64,000 nucleotides of DNA from Eledone cirrhosa (Eukaryota): NCBI GenBank assembly GCA_964016885.1, contig OZ024758.1, forward strand, positions 36,022,001 to 36,086,000, in the 5' to 3' direction. Positions 27,934 through 42,400 of the stretch are shown here, piece after piece. Under the pieces are notes generated by a model. It worked only from the letters and a program-made list of their open reading frames with translations. It was not told the origin of the DNA and ran no database searches. Each line of letters begins with the position of its first letter. Position 1 is the first letter of the stretch. Both the position numbers and the translations under genes were made by a program.

Positions 27934-30900
27934 ATGGTATTAGCTGTCAGAAGTATCTCCAATGTTGGTGAGAATTCATTTAAGTTCATGGTATTAGCTG
28001 TCAGAAGTCACTCCACTGTTGGTGAGAATTCATTTAAGTTCATGGTACTAGCTGTCAGAAGTAACCCCAATGTTGGTGAGAATTCATTTAAGTTCATGGT
28101 ATTAGCTGTCAGAAGTCACTCCAATGTTGGTGAGAATTCATTTAAGTTCATGGTATTAGCTGTCAGAAGTAACTCCACTGTTGGTGAGAATTCATTTAAG
28201 TTCATGGTATTAGCTGTCAGAAGTAACTCCACTGTTGGTGAGAATTCATTTAAGTTCATGGTATTAGCTGTCAGAAGTAACTCCACTGTTGGTGAGAATT
28301 CATTTAAGTTCATGGTATTAGCTGTCAGAAGGAACTCCAATGTTGGTGAGAATTCATTTAAGTCATGGTACTAGCTGTCAGAAGTAACTCCACTGTTGGT
28401 GAGAATTCATTTAAGTTCATGGTATTAGCTGTCAGAAGGAACGCCACTGCTGGTGAGAATTCATTTAAATTCATGGTATTAGCTGTCAGAAGTAACTCCA
28501 CTGTTGGTGAGAATTCATTTAAGTTCATGGTACTAGCTGTCAGAAGTAACTCCAATGTTGGTGAGAATTCATTTAAGTTCATGGTATTAGCTGTCAGAAG
28601 TAACTCCACTGTTGGTGAGAATTCATTTAAGTTCATGGTATTAGCTGTCAGAAGTCACTCCAATGTTGGTGAGAATTCATTTAAGTCATGGTACTAGCTG
28701 TCAGAAGTAACTCCACTGTTGGTGAGAATTCATTTAAGTTCATTGTATTAGCTGTCAGAAGGAACGCCACTGTTGGTGAGAATTCATTTAAGTTCATGGT
28801 ATTAGCTGTCAGAAGTAACTCCACTGTTGGTGAGAATTCATTTAAGTTCATGGTACTAGCTGTCAGAAGTAACTCCAATGTTGGTGAGAATTCATTTAAG
28901 TTCATGGTATTAGCTGTCAGAAGGAACTCCACTGTTGCTGAGAATTCATTTAAGTTCATGGTATTAGCTGTCAGAAGTAACTCCACTGTTGGTGAGAATT
29001 CATTTAAGTTCATGGTACTAGCTGTCAGAAGTCACTCCACTGTTGGTGAGAATACATTTAAGTTCATGGTACTAGCTGTCAGTAGTAACCCCAATGTTGG
29101 TGAGAATTCATTTAAGTTCATGGTATTAGCTGTCAGAAGTCACTCCAATGTTGGTGAGAATTCATTTAAGTTCATGGTATTAGCTGTCAGAAGTCACTCC
29201 ACTGTTGGTGAGAATTCATTTAAGTTCATGGTACTAGCTGTCAGAAGTAACCCCAATGTTGGTGAGAATTCATTTAAGTTCATGGTATTAGCTGTCAGAA
29301 GTCACTCCAATGTTGGTGAGAATTCATTTAAGTTCATGGTATTAGCTGTCAGAAGTAACTCCACTGTTGGTGAGAATTCATTTAAGTTCATGGTATTAGC
29401 TGTCAGAAGTAACTCCACTGTTGGTGAGAATTCATTTAAGTTCATGGTATTAGCTGTCAGAAGTAACTCCACTGTTGGTGAGAATTCATTTAAGTCATGG
29501 TATTAGCTGTCAGAAGTAACTCCAATGTTGGTGAGAATTCATTTAAGTTCATGGTATTAGCTGTCAGAAGTCACTCCACTGTTGGTGAGAATTCATTTAA
29601 GTTCATGGTACTAGCTGTCAGAAGTAACCCCAATGTTGGTGAGAATTCATTTAAGTTCATGGTATTAGCTGTCAGAAGTCACTCCAATGTTGGTGAGAAT
29701 TCATTTAAGTTCATGGTATTAGCTGTCAGAAGTAACTCCACTGTTGGTGAGAATTCATTTAAGTTCATGGTATTAGCTGTCAGAAGTAACTCCACTGTTG
29801 GTGAGAATTCATTTAAGTTCATGGTATTAGCTGTCAGAAGTAACTCCACTGTTGGTGAGAATTCATTTAAGTTCATGGTATTAGCTGTCAGAAGGAACTC
29901 CAATGTTGGTGAGAATTCATTTAAGTCATGGTACTAGCTGTCAGAAGTAACTCCACTGTTGGTGAGAATTCATTTAAGTTCATGGTATTAGCTGTCAGAA
30001 GGAACGCCACTGTTGGTGAGAATTCATTTAAGTTCATGGTACTAGCTGTCAGAAGTCACTCCACTGTTGGTGAGAATACATTTAAGTTCATGGTACTAGC
30101 TGTCAGAAGTAACCCCAATGTTGGTGAGAATTCATTTAAGTTCATGGTATTAGCTGTCAGAAGTCACTCCAATGTTGGTGAGAATTCATTTAAGTTCATG
30201 GTATTAGCTGTCAGAAGTAACTCCACTGTTGGTAAGAATTCATTTAAGTTCATGGTATTAGCTGTCAGAAGTAACTCCACTGTTGGTGAGAATTCATTTA
30301 AGTTCATGGTATTAGCTGTCAGAAGGAACGCCACTGTTGGTGAGAATTCATTTAAGTTCATGGTATTAGCTGTCAGAAGTAACTCCACTGTTGGTGAGAA
30401 TTCATTTAAGTTCATGGTACTAGCTGTCAGAAGTAACTCCACTGTTGGTGAGAATTCATTTAAGTTCATGGTATTAGCTGTCAGAAGTCACTCCAATGTT
30501 GGTGAGAATTCATTTAAGTTCATGGTATTAGCTGTCAGAAGTCACTCCACTGTTGGTGAGAATTCATTTAAGTTCATGGTACTAGCTGTCAGAAGTAACC
30601 CCAATGTTGGTGAGAATTCATTTAAGTTCATGGTATTAGCTGTCAGAAGTCACTCCAATGTTGGTGAGAATTCATTTAAGTTCATGGTATTAGCTGTCAG
30701 AAGTAACTCCACTGTTGGTGAGAATTCATTTAAGTTCATGGTATTAGCTGTCAGAAGTAACTCCACTGTTGGTGAGAATTCATTTAAGTTCATGGTATTA
30801 GCTGTCAGAAGTAACTCCACTGTTGGTGAGAATTCATTTAAGTCATGGTATTAGCTGTCAGAAGTAACTCCAATGTTGGTGAGAATTCATTTAAGTTCAT

Positions 30901-33900
30901 GGTATTAGCTGTCAGAAGTCACTCCACTGTTGGTGAGAATTCATTTAAGTTCATGGTACTAGCTGTCAGAAGTAACCCCAATGTTGGTGAGAATTCATTT
31001 AAGTTCATGGTATTAGCTGTCAGAATTCACTCCAATGTTGGTGAGAATTCATTTAAGTTCATGGTATTAGCTGTCAGAAGTAACTCTACTGTTGGTGAGA
31101 ATTCATTTAAGTTCATGGTATTAGCTGTCAGAAGTAACTCCACTGTTGGTGAGAATTCATTTAAGTTCATGGTATTAGCTGTCAGAAGTAACTCCACTGT
31201 TGGTGAGAATTCATTTAAGTTCATGGTATTAGCTGTCAGAAGGAACTCCAATGTTGGTGAGAATTCATTTAAGTCATGGTACTAGCTGTCAGAAGTAACT
31301 CCACTGTTGGTGAGAATTCATTTAAGTTCATGGTATTAGCTGTCAGAAGGAACGCCACTGTTGGTGCGAATTCATTTAAATTCATGGTATTAGCTGTCAG
31401 AAGTAACTCCACTGTTGGTGAGAATTCATTTAAGTTCATGGTACTAGCTGTCAGAAGTAACTCCAATGTTGGTGAGAATTCATTTAAATTCATGGTATTA
31501 GCTGTCAGAAGTAACTCCACTGTTGGCGAGAATTCATTTAAGTTCATGGTATTAGCTGTCAGAAGTCACTCCAATGTTGGTGAGAATTCATTTGAGTCAT
31601 GGTACTAGCTGTCAGAAGTAACTCCACTGTTGGTGAGAATTCATTTAAGTTCATTGTATTAGCTGTCAGAAGGAACGCCACTGTTGGTGAGAATCCATTT
31701 AAGTTCATGGTATTAGCTGTCAGAAGTAACTCCACTGTTGGTGAGAATTCATTTAAGTTCATGGTACTAGCTGTCAGAAGTAACTCCAATGTTGGTGAGA
31801 ATTCATTTAAGTTCATGGTATTAGCTGTCAGAAGGAACTCCACTGTTGCTGAGAATTCATTTAAGTTCATGGTATTAGCTGTCAGAAGTAACTCCACTGT
31901 TGGTGAGAATTCATTTAAGTTCATGGTACTAGCTGTCAGAAGTCACTCCACTGTTGGTGAGAATACATTTAAGTTCATGGTACTAGCTGTCAGAAGTAAC
32001 CCCAATGTTGGTGAGAATTCATTTAAGTTCATGGTATTAGCTGTCAGAAGTAACTCCACTGTTGGTGAGAATTCATTTAAGTTCATGGTACTAGCTGTCA
32101 GAAGTAACTCCAATGTTGGTGAGAATTCATTTAAGTTCATGGTATTAGCTGTCAGAAGGAACTCCACTGTTGCTGAGAATTCATTTAAGTTCATGGTATT
32201 AGCTGTCAGAAGTAACTCCACTGTTGGTGAGAATTCATTTAAGTTCATGGTACTAGCTGTCAGAAGTCACTCCACTGTTGGTGAGAATACATTTAAGTTC
32301 ATGGTACTAGCTGTCAGAAGTAACCCCAATGTTGGTGAGAATTCATTTAAGTTCATGGTATTAGCTGTCAGAAGTCACTCCAATGTTGGTGAGAATTCAT
32401 TTAAGTTCATGGTATTAGCTGTCAGAAGTAACTCCACTGTTGGTGAGAATTCATTTAAGTTCATGGTACTAGCTGTCAGAAGTAACTCCACTGTTGGTGA
32501 GAATTCATTTAAGTTCATGGTATTAGCTGTCAGAAGTCACTCCAATGTTGGTGAGAATTCATTTAAGTTCATGGTATTAGCTGTCAGAAGTCACTCCACT
32601 GTTGGTGAGAATTCATTTAAGTTCATGGTACTAGCTGTCAGAAGTAACCCCAATGTTGGTGAGAATTCATTTAAGTTCATGGTATTAGCTGTCAGAAGTC
32701 ACTCCAATGTTGGTGAGAATTCATTTAAGTTCATGGTATTAGCTGTCAGAAGTAACTCCACTGTTGGTGAGAATTCATTTAAGTTCATGGTATTAGCTGT
32801 CAGAAGTAACTCCACTGTTGGTGAGAATTCATTTAAGTTCATGGTATTAGCTGTCAGAAGTAACTCCACTGTTGGTGAGAATTCATTTAAGTCATGGTAT
32901 TAGCTGTCAGAAGTATCTCCAATGTTGGTGAGAATTCATTTAAGTTCATGGTATTAGCTGTCAGAAGTCACTCCACTGTTGGTGAGAATTCATTTAAGTT
33001 CATGGTACTAGCTGTCAGAAGTAACCCCAATGTTGGTGAGAATTCATTTAAGTTCATGGTATTAGCTGTCAGAAGTCACTCCAATGTTGGTGAGAATTCA
33101 TTTAAGTTCATGGTATTAGCTGTCAGAAGTAACTCCACTGTTGGTGAGAATTCATTTAAGTTCATGGTATTAGCTGTCAGAAGTAACTCCACTGTTGGTG
33201 AGAATTCATTTAAGTTCATGGTATTAGCTGTCAGAAGTAACTCCACTGTTGGTGAGAATTCATTTAAGTTCATGGTATTAGCTGTCAGAAGGAACTCCAA
33301 TGTTGGTGAGAATTCATTTAAGTCATGGTACTAGCTGTCAGAAGTAACTCCACTGTTGGTGAGAATTCATTTAAGTTCATGGTATTAGCTGTCAGAAGGA
33401 ACGCCACTGTTGGTGAGAATTCATTTAAATTCATGGTATTAGCTGTCAGAAGTAACTCCACTGTTGGTGAGAATTCATTTAAGTTCATGGTACTAGCTGT
33501 CAGAAGTAACTCCAATGTTGGTGAGAATTCATTTAAGTTCATGGTATTAGCTGTCAGAAGTAACTCCACTGTTGGTGAGAATTCATTTAAGTTCATGGTA
33601 CTAGCTGTCAGAAGTAACCCCAATGTTGGTGAGAATTCATTTAAGTTCATGGTATTAGCTGTCAGAAGTCACTCCAATGTTGGTGAGAATTCATTTAAGT
33701 TCATGGTATTAGCTGTCAGAAGTAACTCCACTGTTGGTGAGAATTCATTTAAGTTCATGGTATTAGCTGTCAGAAGTAACTCCACTGTTGGTGAGAATTC
33801 ATTTAAGTTCATGGTATTAGCTGTCAGAAGTAACTCCACTGTTGGTGAGAATTCATTTAAGTTCATGGTATTAGCTGTCAGAAGGAACTCCAATGTTGGT

Positions 33901-36900
33901 GAGAATTCATTTAAGTCATGGTACTAGCTGTCAGAAGTAACTCCACTGTTGGTGAGAATTCATTTAAGTTCATGGTATTAGCTGTCAGAAGGAACGCCAC
34001 TGTTGGTGAGAATTCATTTAAATTCATGGTATTAGCTGTCAGAAGTAACTCCACTGTTGGTGAGAATTCATTTAAGTTCATGGTGCTAGCTGTCAGAAGT
34101 AACTCCAATGTTGGTGAGAATTCATTTAAGTTCATGGTATTAGCTGTCAGAAGTAACTCCACTGTTGGTGAGAATTCATTTAAGTTCATGGTATTAGCTG
34201 TCAGAAGTCACTCCAATGTTGGTGAGAATTCATTTAAGTCATGGTACTAGCTGTCAGAAGTAACTCCACTGTTGGTGAGAATTCATTTAAGTTCATTGTA
34301 TTAGCTGTCAGAAGGAACGCCACTGTTGGTGAGAATTCATTTAAGTTCATGGTATTAGCTGTCAGAAGTAACTCCACTGTTGGTGAGAATTCATTTAAGT
34401 TCATGGTACTAGCTGTCAGAAGTAACTCCACTGTTGGTGAGAATTCATTTAAGTTCATGGTATTAGCTGTCAGAAGTAACTCCACTGTTGGTGAGAATTC
34501 ATTTAAGTCATGGTATTAGCTGTCAGAAGTAACTCCACTGTTGGTGAGAATTCATTTAAGTTCATTGTATTAGCTGTCAGAAGGAACGCCACTGTTGGTG
34601 AGAATTCATTTAAGTTCATGGTATTAGCTGTCAGAAGTAACTCCACTGTTGGTGAGAATTCATTTAAGTTCATGGTACTAGCTGTCAGAAGTAACTCCAA
34701 TGTTGGTGAGAATTCATTTAAGTTCATGGTATTAGCTGTCAGAAGGAACTCCACTGTTGCTGAGAATTCATTTAAGTTCATGGTATTAGCTGTCAGAAGT
34801 AACTCCACTGTTGGTGAGAATTCATTTAAGTTCATGGTACTAGCTGTCAGAAGTCACTCCACTGTTGGTGAGAATACATTTAAGTTCATGGTACTAGCTG
34901 TCAGAAGTAACCCCAATGTTGGTGAGAATTCATTTAAGTTCATGGTATTAGCTGTCAGAAGTAACTCCACTGTTGGTGAGAATTCATTTAAGTTCATGGT
35001 ACTAGCTGTCAGAAGTAACTCCAATGTTGGTGAGAATACATTTAAGTTCATGGTATTAGCTGTCAGAAGGAACTCCACTGTTGCTGAGAATTCATTTAAG
35101 TTCATGGTATTAGCTGTCAGAAGTAACTCCACTGTTGGTGAGAATTCATTTAAGTTCATGGTACTAGCTGTCAGAAGTCACTCCACTGTTGGTGAGAATA
35201 CATTTAAGTTCATGGTACTAGCTGTCAGAAGTAACCCCAATGTTGGTGAGAATTCATTTAAGTTCATGGTATTAGCTGTCAGAAGTCACTCCAATGTTGG
35301 TGAGAATTCATTTAAGTTCATGGTATTAGCTGTCAGAAGTAACTCCACTGTTGGTGAGAATTCATTTAAGTTCATGGTACTAGCTGTCAGAAGTAACTCC
35401 ACTGTTGGTGAGATTTCATTTAAGTTCATGGTATTAGCTGTCAGAAGTCACTCCAATGTTGGTGAGAATTCATTTAAGTTCATGGTATTAGCTGTCAGAA
35501 GTCACTCCACTGTTGGTGAGAATTCATTTAAGTTCATGGTACTAGCTGTCAGAAGTAACCCCAATGTTGGTGAGAATTCATTTAAGTTCATGGTATTAGC
35601 TGTCAGAAGTCACTCCAATGTTGGTGAGAATTCATTTAAGTTCATGGTATTAGCTGTCTGAAGTAACTCCACTGTTGGTGAGAATTCATTTAAGTTCATG
35701 GTATTAGCTGTCAGAAGTAACTCCACTGTTGGTGAGAATTCATTTAAGTTCATGGTATTAGCTGTCAGAAGTAACTCCACTGTTGGTGAGAATTCATTTA
35801 AGTCATGGTATTAGCTGTCAGAAGTATCTCCAATGTTGGTGAGAATTCATTTAAGTTCATGGTATTAGCTGTCAGAAGTCACTCCACTGTTGGTGAGAAT
35901 TCATTTAAGTTCATGGTACTAGCTGTCAGAAGTAACCCCAATGTTGGTGAGAATTCATTTAAGTTCATGGTATTAGCTGTCAGAAGTCACTCCAATGTTG
36001 GTGAGAATTCATTTAAGTTCATGGTATTAGCTGTCAGAAGTAACTCCACTGTTGGTGAGAATTCATTTAAGTTCATGGTATTAGCTGTCAGAAGTAACTC
36101 CACTGTTGGTGAGAATTCATTTAAGTTCATGGTATTAGCTGTCAGAAGTAACTCCACTGTTGGTGAGAATTCATTTAAGTTCATGGTATTAGCTGTCAGA
36201 AGGAACTCCAATGTTGGTGAGAATTCATTTAAGTCATGGTACTAGCTGTCAGAAGTAACTCCACTGTTGGTGAGAATTCATTTAAGTTCATGGTATTAGC
36301 TGTCAGAAGGAACGCCACTGTTGGTGAGAATTCATTTAAATTCATGGTATTAGCTGTCAGAAGTAACTCCACTGTTGGTGAGAATTCATTTAAGTTCATG
36401 GTACTAGCTGTCAGAAGTAACTCCAATGTTGGTGAGAATTCATTTAAGTTCATGGTATTAGCTGTCAGAAGTAACTCCACTGTTGGTGAGAATTCATTTA
36501 AGTTCATGGTATTAGCTGTCAGAAGTCACTCCAATGTTGGTGAGAATTCATTTAAGTCATGGTACTAGCTGTCAGAAGTAACTCCACTGTTGGTGAGAAT
36601 TCATTTAAGTTCATTGTATTAGCTGTCAGAAGGAACGCCACTGTTGGTGAGAATTCATTTAAGTTCATGGTATTAGCTGTCAGAAGTAACTCCACTGTTG
36701 GTGAGAATTCATTTAAGTTCATGGTACTAGCTGTCAGAAGTAACTCCAATGTTGGTGAGAATTCATTTAAGTTCATGGTATTAGCTGTCAGAAGGAACTC
36801 CACTGTTGCTGAGAATTCATTTAAGTTCATGGTATTAGCTGTCAGAAGTAACTCCACTGTTGGTGAGAATTCATTTAAGTTCATGGTACTAGCTGTCAGA

Positions 36901-37910
36901 AGTCACTCCACTGTTGGTGAGAATACATTTAAGTTCATGGTACTAGCTGTCAGTAGTAACCCCAATGTTGGTGAGAATTCATTTAAGTTCATGGTATTAG
37001 CTGTCAGAAGTCACTCCAATGTTGGTGAGAATTCATTTAAGTTCATGGTATTAGCTGTCAGAAGTCACTCCACTGTTGGTGAGAATTCATTTAAGTTCAT
37101 GGTACTAGCTGTCAGAAGTAACCCCAATGTTGGTGAGAATTCATTTAAGTTCATGGTATTAGCTGTCAGAAGTCACTCCAATGTTGGTGAGAATTCATTT
37201 AAGTTCATGGTATTAGCTGTCAGAAGTAACTCCACTGTTGGTGAGAATTCATTTAAGTTCATGGTATTAGCTGTCAGAAGTAACTCCACTGTTGGTGAGA
37301 ATTCATTTAAGTTCATGGTATTAGCTGTCAGAAGTAACTCCACTGTTGGTGAGAATTCATTTAAGTCATGGTATTAGCTGTCAGAAGTAACTCCAATGTT
37401 GGTGAGAATTCATTTAAGTTCATGGTATTAGCTGTCAGAAGTCACTCCACTGTTGGTGAGAATTCATTTAAGTTCATGGTACTAGCTGTCAGAAGTAACC
37501 CCAATGTTGGTGAGAATTCATTTAAGTTCATGGTATTAGCTGTCAGAAGTCACTCCAATGTTGGTGAGAATTCATTTAAGTTCATGGTATTAGCTGTCAG
37601 AAGTAACTCCACTGTTGGTGAGAATTCATTTAAGTTCATGGTATTAGCTGTCAGAAGTAACTCCACTGTTGGTGAGAATTCATTTAAGTTCATGGTATTA
37701 GCTGTCAGAAGTAACTCCACTGTTGGTGAGAATTCATTTAAGTTCATGGTATTAGCTGTCAGAAGGAACTCCAATGTTGGTGAGAATTCATTTAAGTCAT
37801 GGTACTAGCTGTCAGAAGTAACTCCACTGTTGGTGAGAATTCATTTAAGTTCATGGTATTAGCTGTCAGAAGGAACGCCACTGTTGGTGAGAATTCATTT
37901 AAATTCATGG
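27934..37910. repeat. Non-adjacent duplicated blocks: ~27934-30030 / ~35805-37900 (offset 7871) and ~31599-33590 / ~34510-36500 (offset 2911)
   Basis: Private AGTAGT variant at 29083 and 36954; AGTATCTCC variant at ~27955, ~32915 and ~35826. Block starts match at 28365/36236, 28688/36559, 29497/37368 and 32894/35805. Confidence 0.8.
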
Positions 37911-39469
37911 TATTAGCTGTCAGAAGTAACTCCACTGTTGGTGAGAATTCATTTAAGTTCATGGTACTAGCTGTCAGAAGTAACTCCAATGTTGGTGAGA
38001 ATTCATTTAAGTTCATGGTATTAGCTGTCAGAAGTAACTCCACTGTTGGTGAGAATTCATTTAAGTTCATGGTATTAGCTGTCATAAGTCACTCCAATGT
38101 TGGTGAGAATTCATTTAAGTCATGGTACTAGCTGTCAGAAGTAACTCCACTGTTGGTGAGAATTCATTTAAGTTCATTGTATTAGCTGTCAGAAGGAACG
38201 CCACTGTTGGTGAGAATTCATTTAAGTTCATGGTATTAGCTGTCAGAAGTAACTCCACTGTTGGTGAGAATTCATTTAAGTTCATGGTACTAGCTGTCAG
38301 AAGTAACTCCAATGTTGGTGAGAATTCATTTAAGTTCATGGTATTAGCTGTCAGAAGGAACTCCACTGTTGCTGAGAATTCATTTAAGTTCATGGTATTA
38401 GCTGTCAGAAGTAACTCCACTGTTGGTGAGAATTCATTTAAGTTCATGGTACTAGCTGTCAGAAGTCACTCCACTGTTGGTGAGAATACATTTAAGTTCA
38501 TGGTACTAGCTGTCAGAAGTAACCCCAATGTTGGTGAGAATTCATTTAAGTTCATGGTATTAGCTGTCAGAAGTAACTCCACTGTTGGTGAGAATTCATT
38601 TAAGTTCATGGTATTAGCTGTCAGAAGTAACTCCACTGTTGGTGAGAATTCATTTAAGTTCATGGTATTAGCTGTCAGAAGGAACTCCAATGTTGGTGAG
38701 AATTCATTTAAGTCATGGTACTAGCTGTCAGAAGTAACTCCACTGTTGGTGAGAATTCATTTAAGTTCATGGTATTAGCTGTCAGAAGGAACGCCACTGT
38801 TGGTGAGAATTCATTTAAATTCATGGTATTAGCTGTCAGAAGTAACTCCACTGTTGGTGAGAATTCATTTAAGTTCATGGTATTAGCTGTCAGAAGTCAC
38901 TCCAATGTTGGTGAGAATTCATTTAAGTCATGGTACTAGCTGTCAGAAGTAACTCCACTGTTGGTGAGAATTCATTTAAGTTCATTGTATTAGCTGTCAG
39001 AAGGAACGCCACTGTTGGTGAGAATTCATTTAAGTTCATGGTATTAGCTGTCAGAAGTAACTCCACTGTTGGTGAGAATTCATTTAAGTTCATGGTACTA
39101 GCTGTCAGAAGTAACTCCAATGTTAGTGAGAATTCATTTAAGTTCATGGTATTAGCTGTCAGAAGGAACTCCACTGTTGCTGAGAATTCATTTAAGTTCA
39201 TGGTATTAGCTGTCAGAAGTAACTCCACTGTTGGTGAGAATTCATTTAAGTTCATGGTACTAGCTGTCAGAAGTCACTCCACTGTTGGTGAGAATACATT
39301 TAAGTTCATGGTACTAGCTGTCAGAAGTAACCCCAATGTTGGTGAGAATTCATTTAAGTTCATGGTATTAGCTGTCAGAAGTCACTCCAATGTTGGTGAG
39401 AATTCATTTAAGTTTATGGTATTAGCTGTCAGAAGTAACTCCACTGTTGGTAAGAATTCATTTAAGTTC

Positions 39470-42400
39470 ATGGTATTAGCTGTCAGAAGTAACTCCACTG
39501 TTGGTGAGAATTCATTTAAGTTCATGGTATTAGCTGTCAGAAGGAACGCCACTGTTGGTGAGAATTCATTTAAGTTCATGGTATTAGCTGTCAGAAGTAA
39601 CTCCACTGTTGGTGAGAATTCATTTAAGTTCATGGTACTAGCTGTCAGAAGTAACTCCACTGTTGGTGAGAATTCATTTAAGTTCATGGTATTAGCTGTC
39701 AGAAGTCACTCCAATGTTGGTGAGAATTCATTTAAGTTCATGGTATTAGCTGTCAGAAGTCACTCCACTGTTGGTGAGAATTCATTTAAGTCATGGTATT
39801 AGCTGTCAGAAGTAACTCCAATGTTGGTGAGAATTCATTTAAGTTCATGGTATTAGCTGTCAGAAGTCACTCCACTGTTGGTGAGAATTCATTTAAGTTC
39901 ATGGTACTAGCTGTCAGAAGTAACCCCAATGTTGGTGAGAATTCATTTAAGTTCATGGTATTAACTGTCAGAAGTCACTCCAATGTTGGTGAGAATTCAT
40001 TTAAGTTCATGGTATTAGCTGTCAGAAGTAACTCCACTGTTGGTGAGAATTCATTTAAGTTCATGGTATTAGCTGTCAGAAGTAACTCCACTGTTGGTGA
40101 GAATTCATTTAAGTTCATGGTATTAGCTGTCAGAAGTAACTCCACTGTTGGTGAGAATTCATTTAAGTTCATGGTATTAGCTGTCAGAAGTAACTCCACT
40201 GTTGGTGAGAATTCATTTAAGTTCATGGTACTAGCTGTCAGAAGTAACTCCAATGTTGGTGAGAATTCATTTAAGTTCATGGTATTAGCTGTCAGAAGGA
40301 ACTCCACTGTTGCTGAGAATTCATTTAAGTTCATGGTATTAGCTGTCAGAAGTAACTCCACTGTTGGTGAGAATTCATTTAAGTTCATGGTACTAGCTGT
40401 CAGAAGTCACTCCACTGTTGGTGAGAATACATTTAAGTTCATGGTACTAGCTGTCAGAAGTAACCCCAATGTTGGTGAGAATTCATTTAAGTTCATGGTA
40501 TTAGCTGTCAGAAGTCACTCCAATGTTGGTGAGAATTCATTTAAGTTCATGGTATTAGCTGTCAGAAGTAACTCCACTGTTGGTAAGAATTCATTTAAGT
40601 TCATGGTATTAGCTGTCAGAAGTAACTCCACTGTTGGTGAGAATTCATTTAAGTTCATGGTATTAGCTGTCAGAAGGAACGCCACTATTGGTGAGAATTC
40701 ATTTAAGTTCATGGTATTAGCTGTCAGAAGTAACTCCACTGTTGGTGAGAATTCATTTAAGTTAATGGTACTAGCTGTCAGAAGTAACTCCACTGTTGGT
40801 GAGAATTCATTTAAGTTCATGGTATTAGCTGTCAGAAGTCACTCCAATGTTGGTGAGAATTCATTTAAGTTCATGGTATTAGCTGTCAGAAGTCACTCCA
40901 CTGTTGGTGAGAATTCATTTAAGTTCATGGTACTAGCTGTCAGAAGTAACCCCAATGTTGTTGAGAATTCATTTAAGTTCATGGTATTAGCTGTCAGAAG
41001 TCACTCCAATGTTGGTGAGAATTCATTTAAGTTCATGGTATTAGCTGTCAGAAGTAACTCCACTGTTGGTGAGAATTCATTTAAGTTCATGGTATTAGCT
41101 GTCAGAAGTAACTCCACTGTTGGTGAGAATTCATTTAAGTTCATGGTATTAGCTGTCAGAAGTAACTCCACTGTTGGTGAGAATTCATTTAAGTCATGGT
41201 ATTAGCTGTCAGAAGTAACTCCAATGTTGGTGAGAATTCATTTAAGTTCATGGTATTAGCTGTCAGAAGTCACTCCACTGTTGGTGAGAATTCATTTAAG
41301 TTCATGGTACTAGCTGTCAGAAGTAACCCCAATGTTGGTGAGAATTCATTTAAGTTCATGGTATTAGCTGTCAGAAGTCACTCCAATGTTGGTGCGAATT
41401 CATTTAAGTTCATGGTATTAGCTGTCAGAAGTAACTCCACTGTTGGTGAGAATTCATTTAAGTTCATGGTATTAGCTGTCAGAAGTAACTCCACTGTTGG
41501 TGAGAATTCATTTAAGTTCATGGTATTAGCTGTCAGAAGTAACTCCACTGTTGGTGAGAATTCATTTAAGTTCATGGTATTAGCTGTCAGAAGGAACTCC
41601 AATGTTGGTGAGAATTCATTTAAGTCATGGTACTAGCTGTCAGAAGTAACTCCACTGTTGGTGAGAATTCATTTAAGTTCATGGTATTAGCTGTCAGAAG
41701 GAACGCCACTGTTGGTGAGAATTCATTTAAATTCATGGTATTAGCTGTCAGAAGTAACTCCACTGTTGGTGAGAATTCATTTAAGTTCATGGTACTAGCT
41801 GTCAGAAGTAACTCCAATGTTGGTGAGAATTCATTTAAGCTCATGGTATTAGCTGTCAGAAGTAACTCCACTGTTGGCGAGAATTCATTTAAGTTCATGG
41901 TATTAGCTGTCAGAAGTCACTCCAATGTTGGTGAGAATTCATTTGAGTCATGGTACTAGCTGTCAGAAGTAACTCCACTGTTGGTGAGAATTCATTTAAG
42001 TTCATTGTATTAGCTGTCAGAAGGAACGCCACTGTTGGTGAGAATTCATTTAAGTTCATGGTATTAGCTGTCAGAAGTAACTCCACTGTTGGTGAGAATT
42101 CATTTAAGTTCATGGTACTAGCTGTCAGAAGTAACTCCAATGTTGGTGAGAATTCATTTAAGTTCATGGTATTAGCTGTCAGAAGGAACTCCACTGTTGC
42201 TGAGAATTCATTTAAGTTCATGGTATTAGCTGTCAGAAGTAACTCCACTGTTGGTGAGAATTCATTTAAGTTCATGGTACTAGCTGTCAGAAGTCACTCC
42301 ACTGTTGGTGAGAATACATTTAAGTTCATGGTACTAGCTGTCAGAAGTAACCCCAATGTTGGTGAGAATTCATTTAAGTTCATGGTATTAGCTGTCAGAA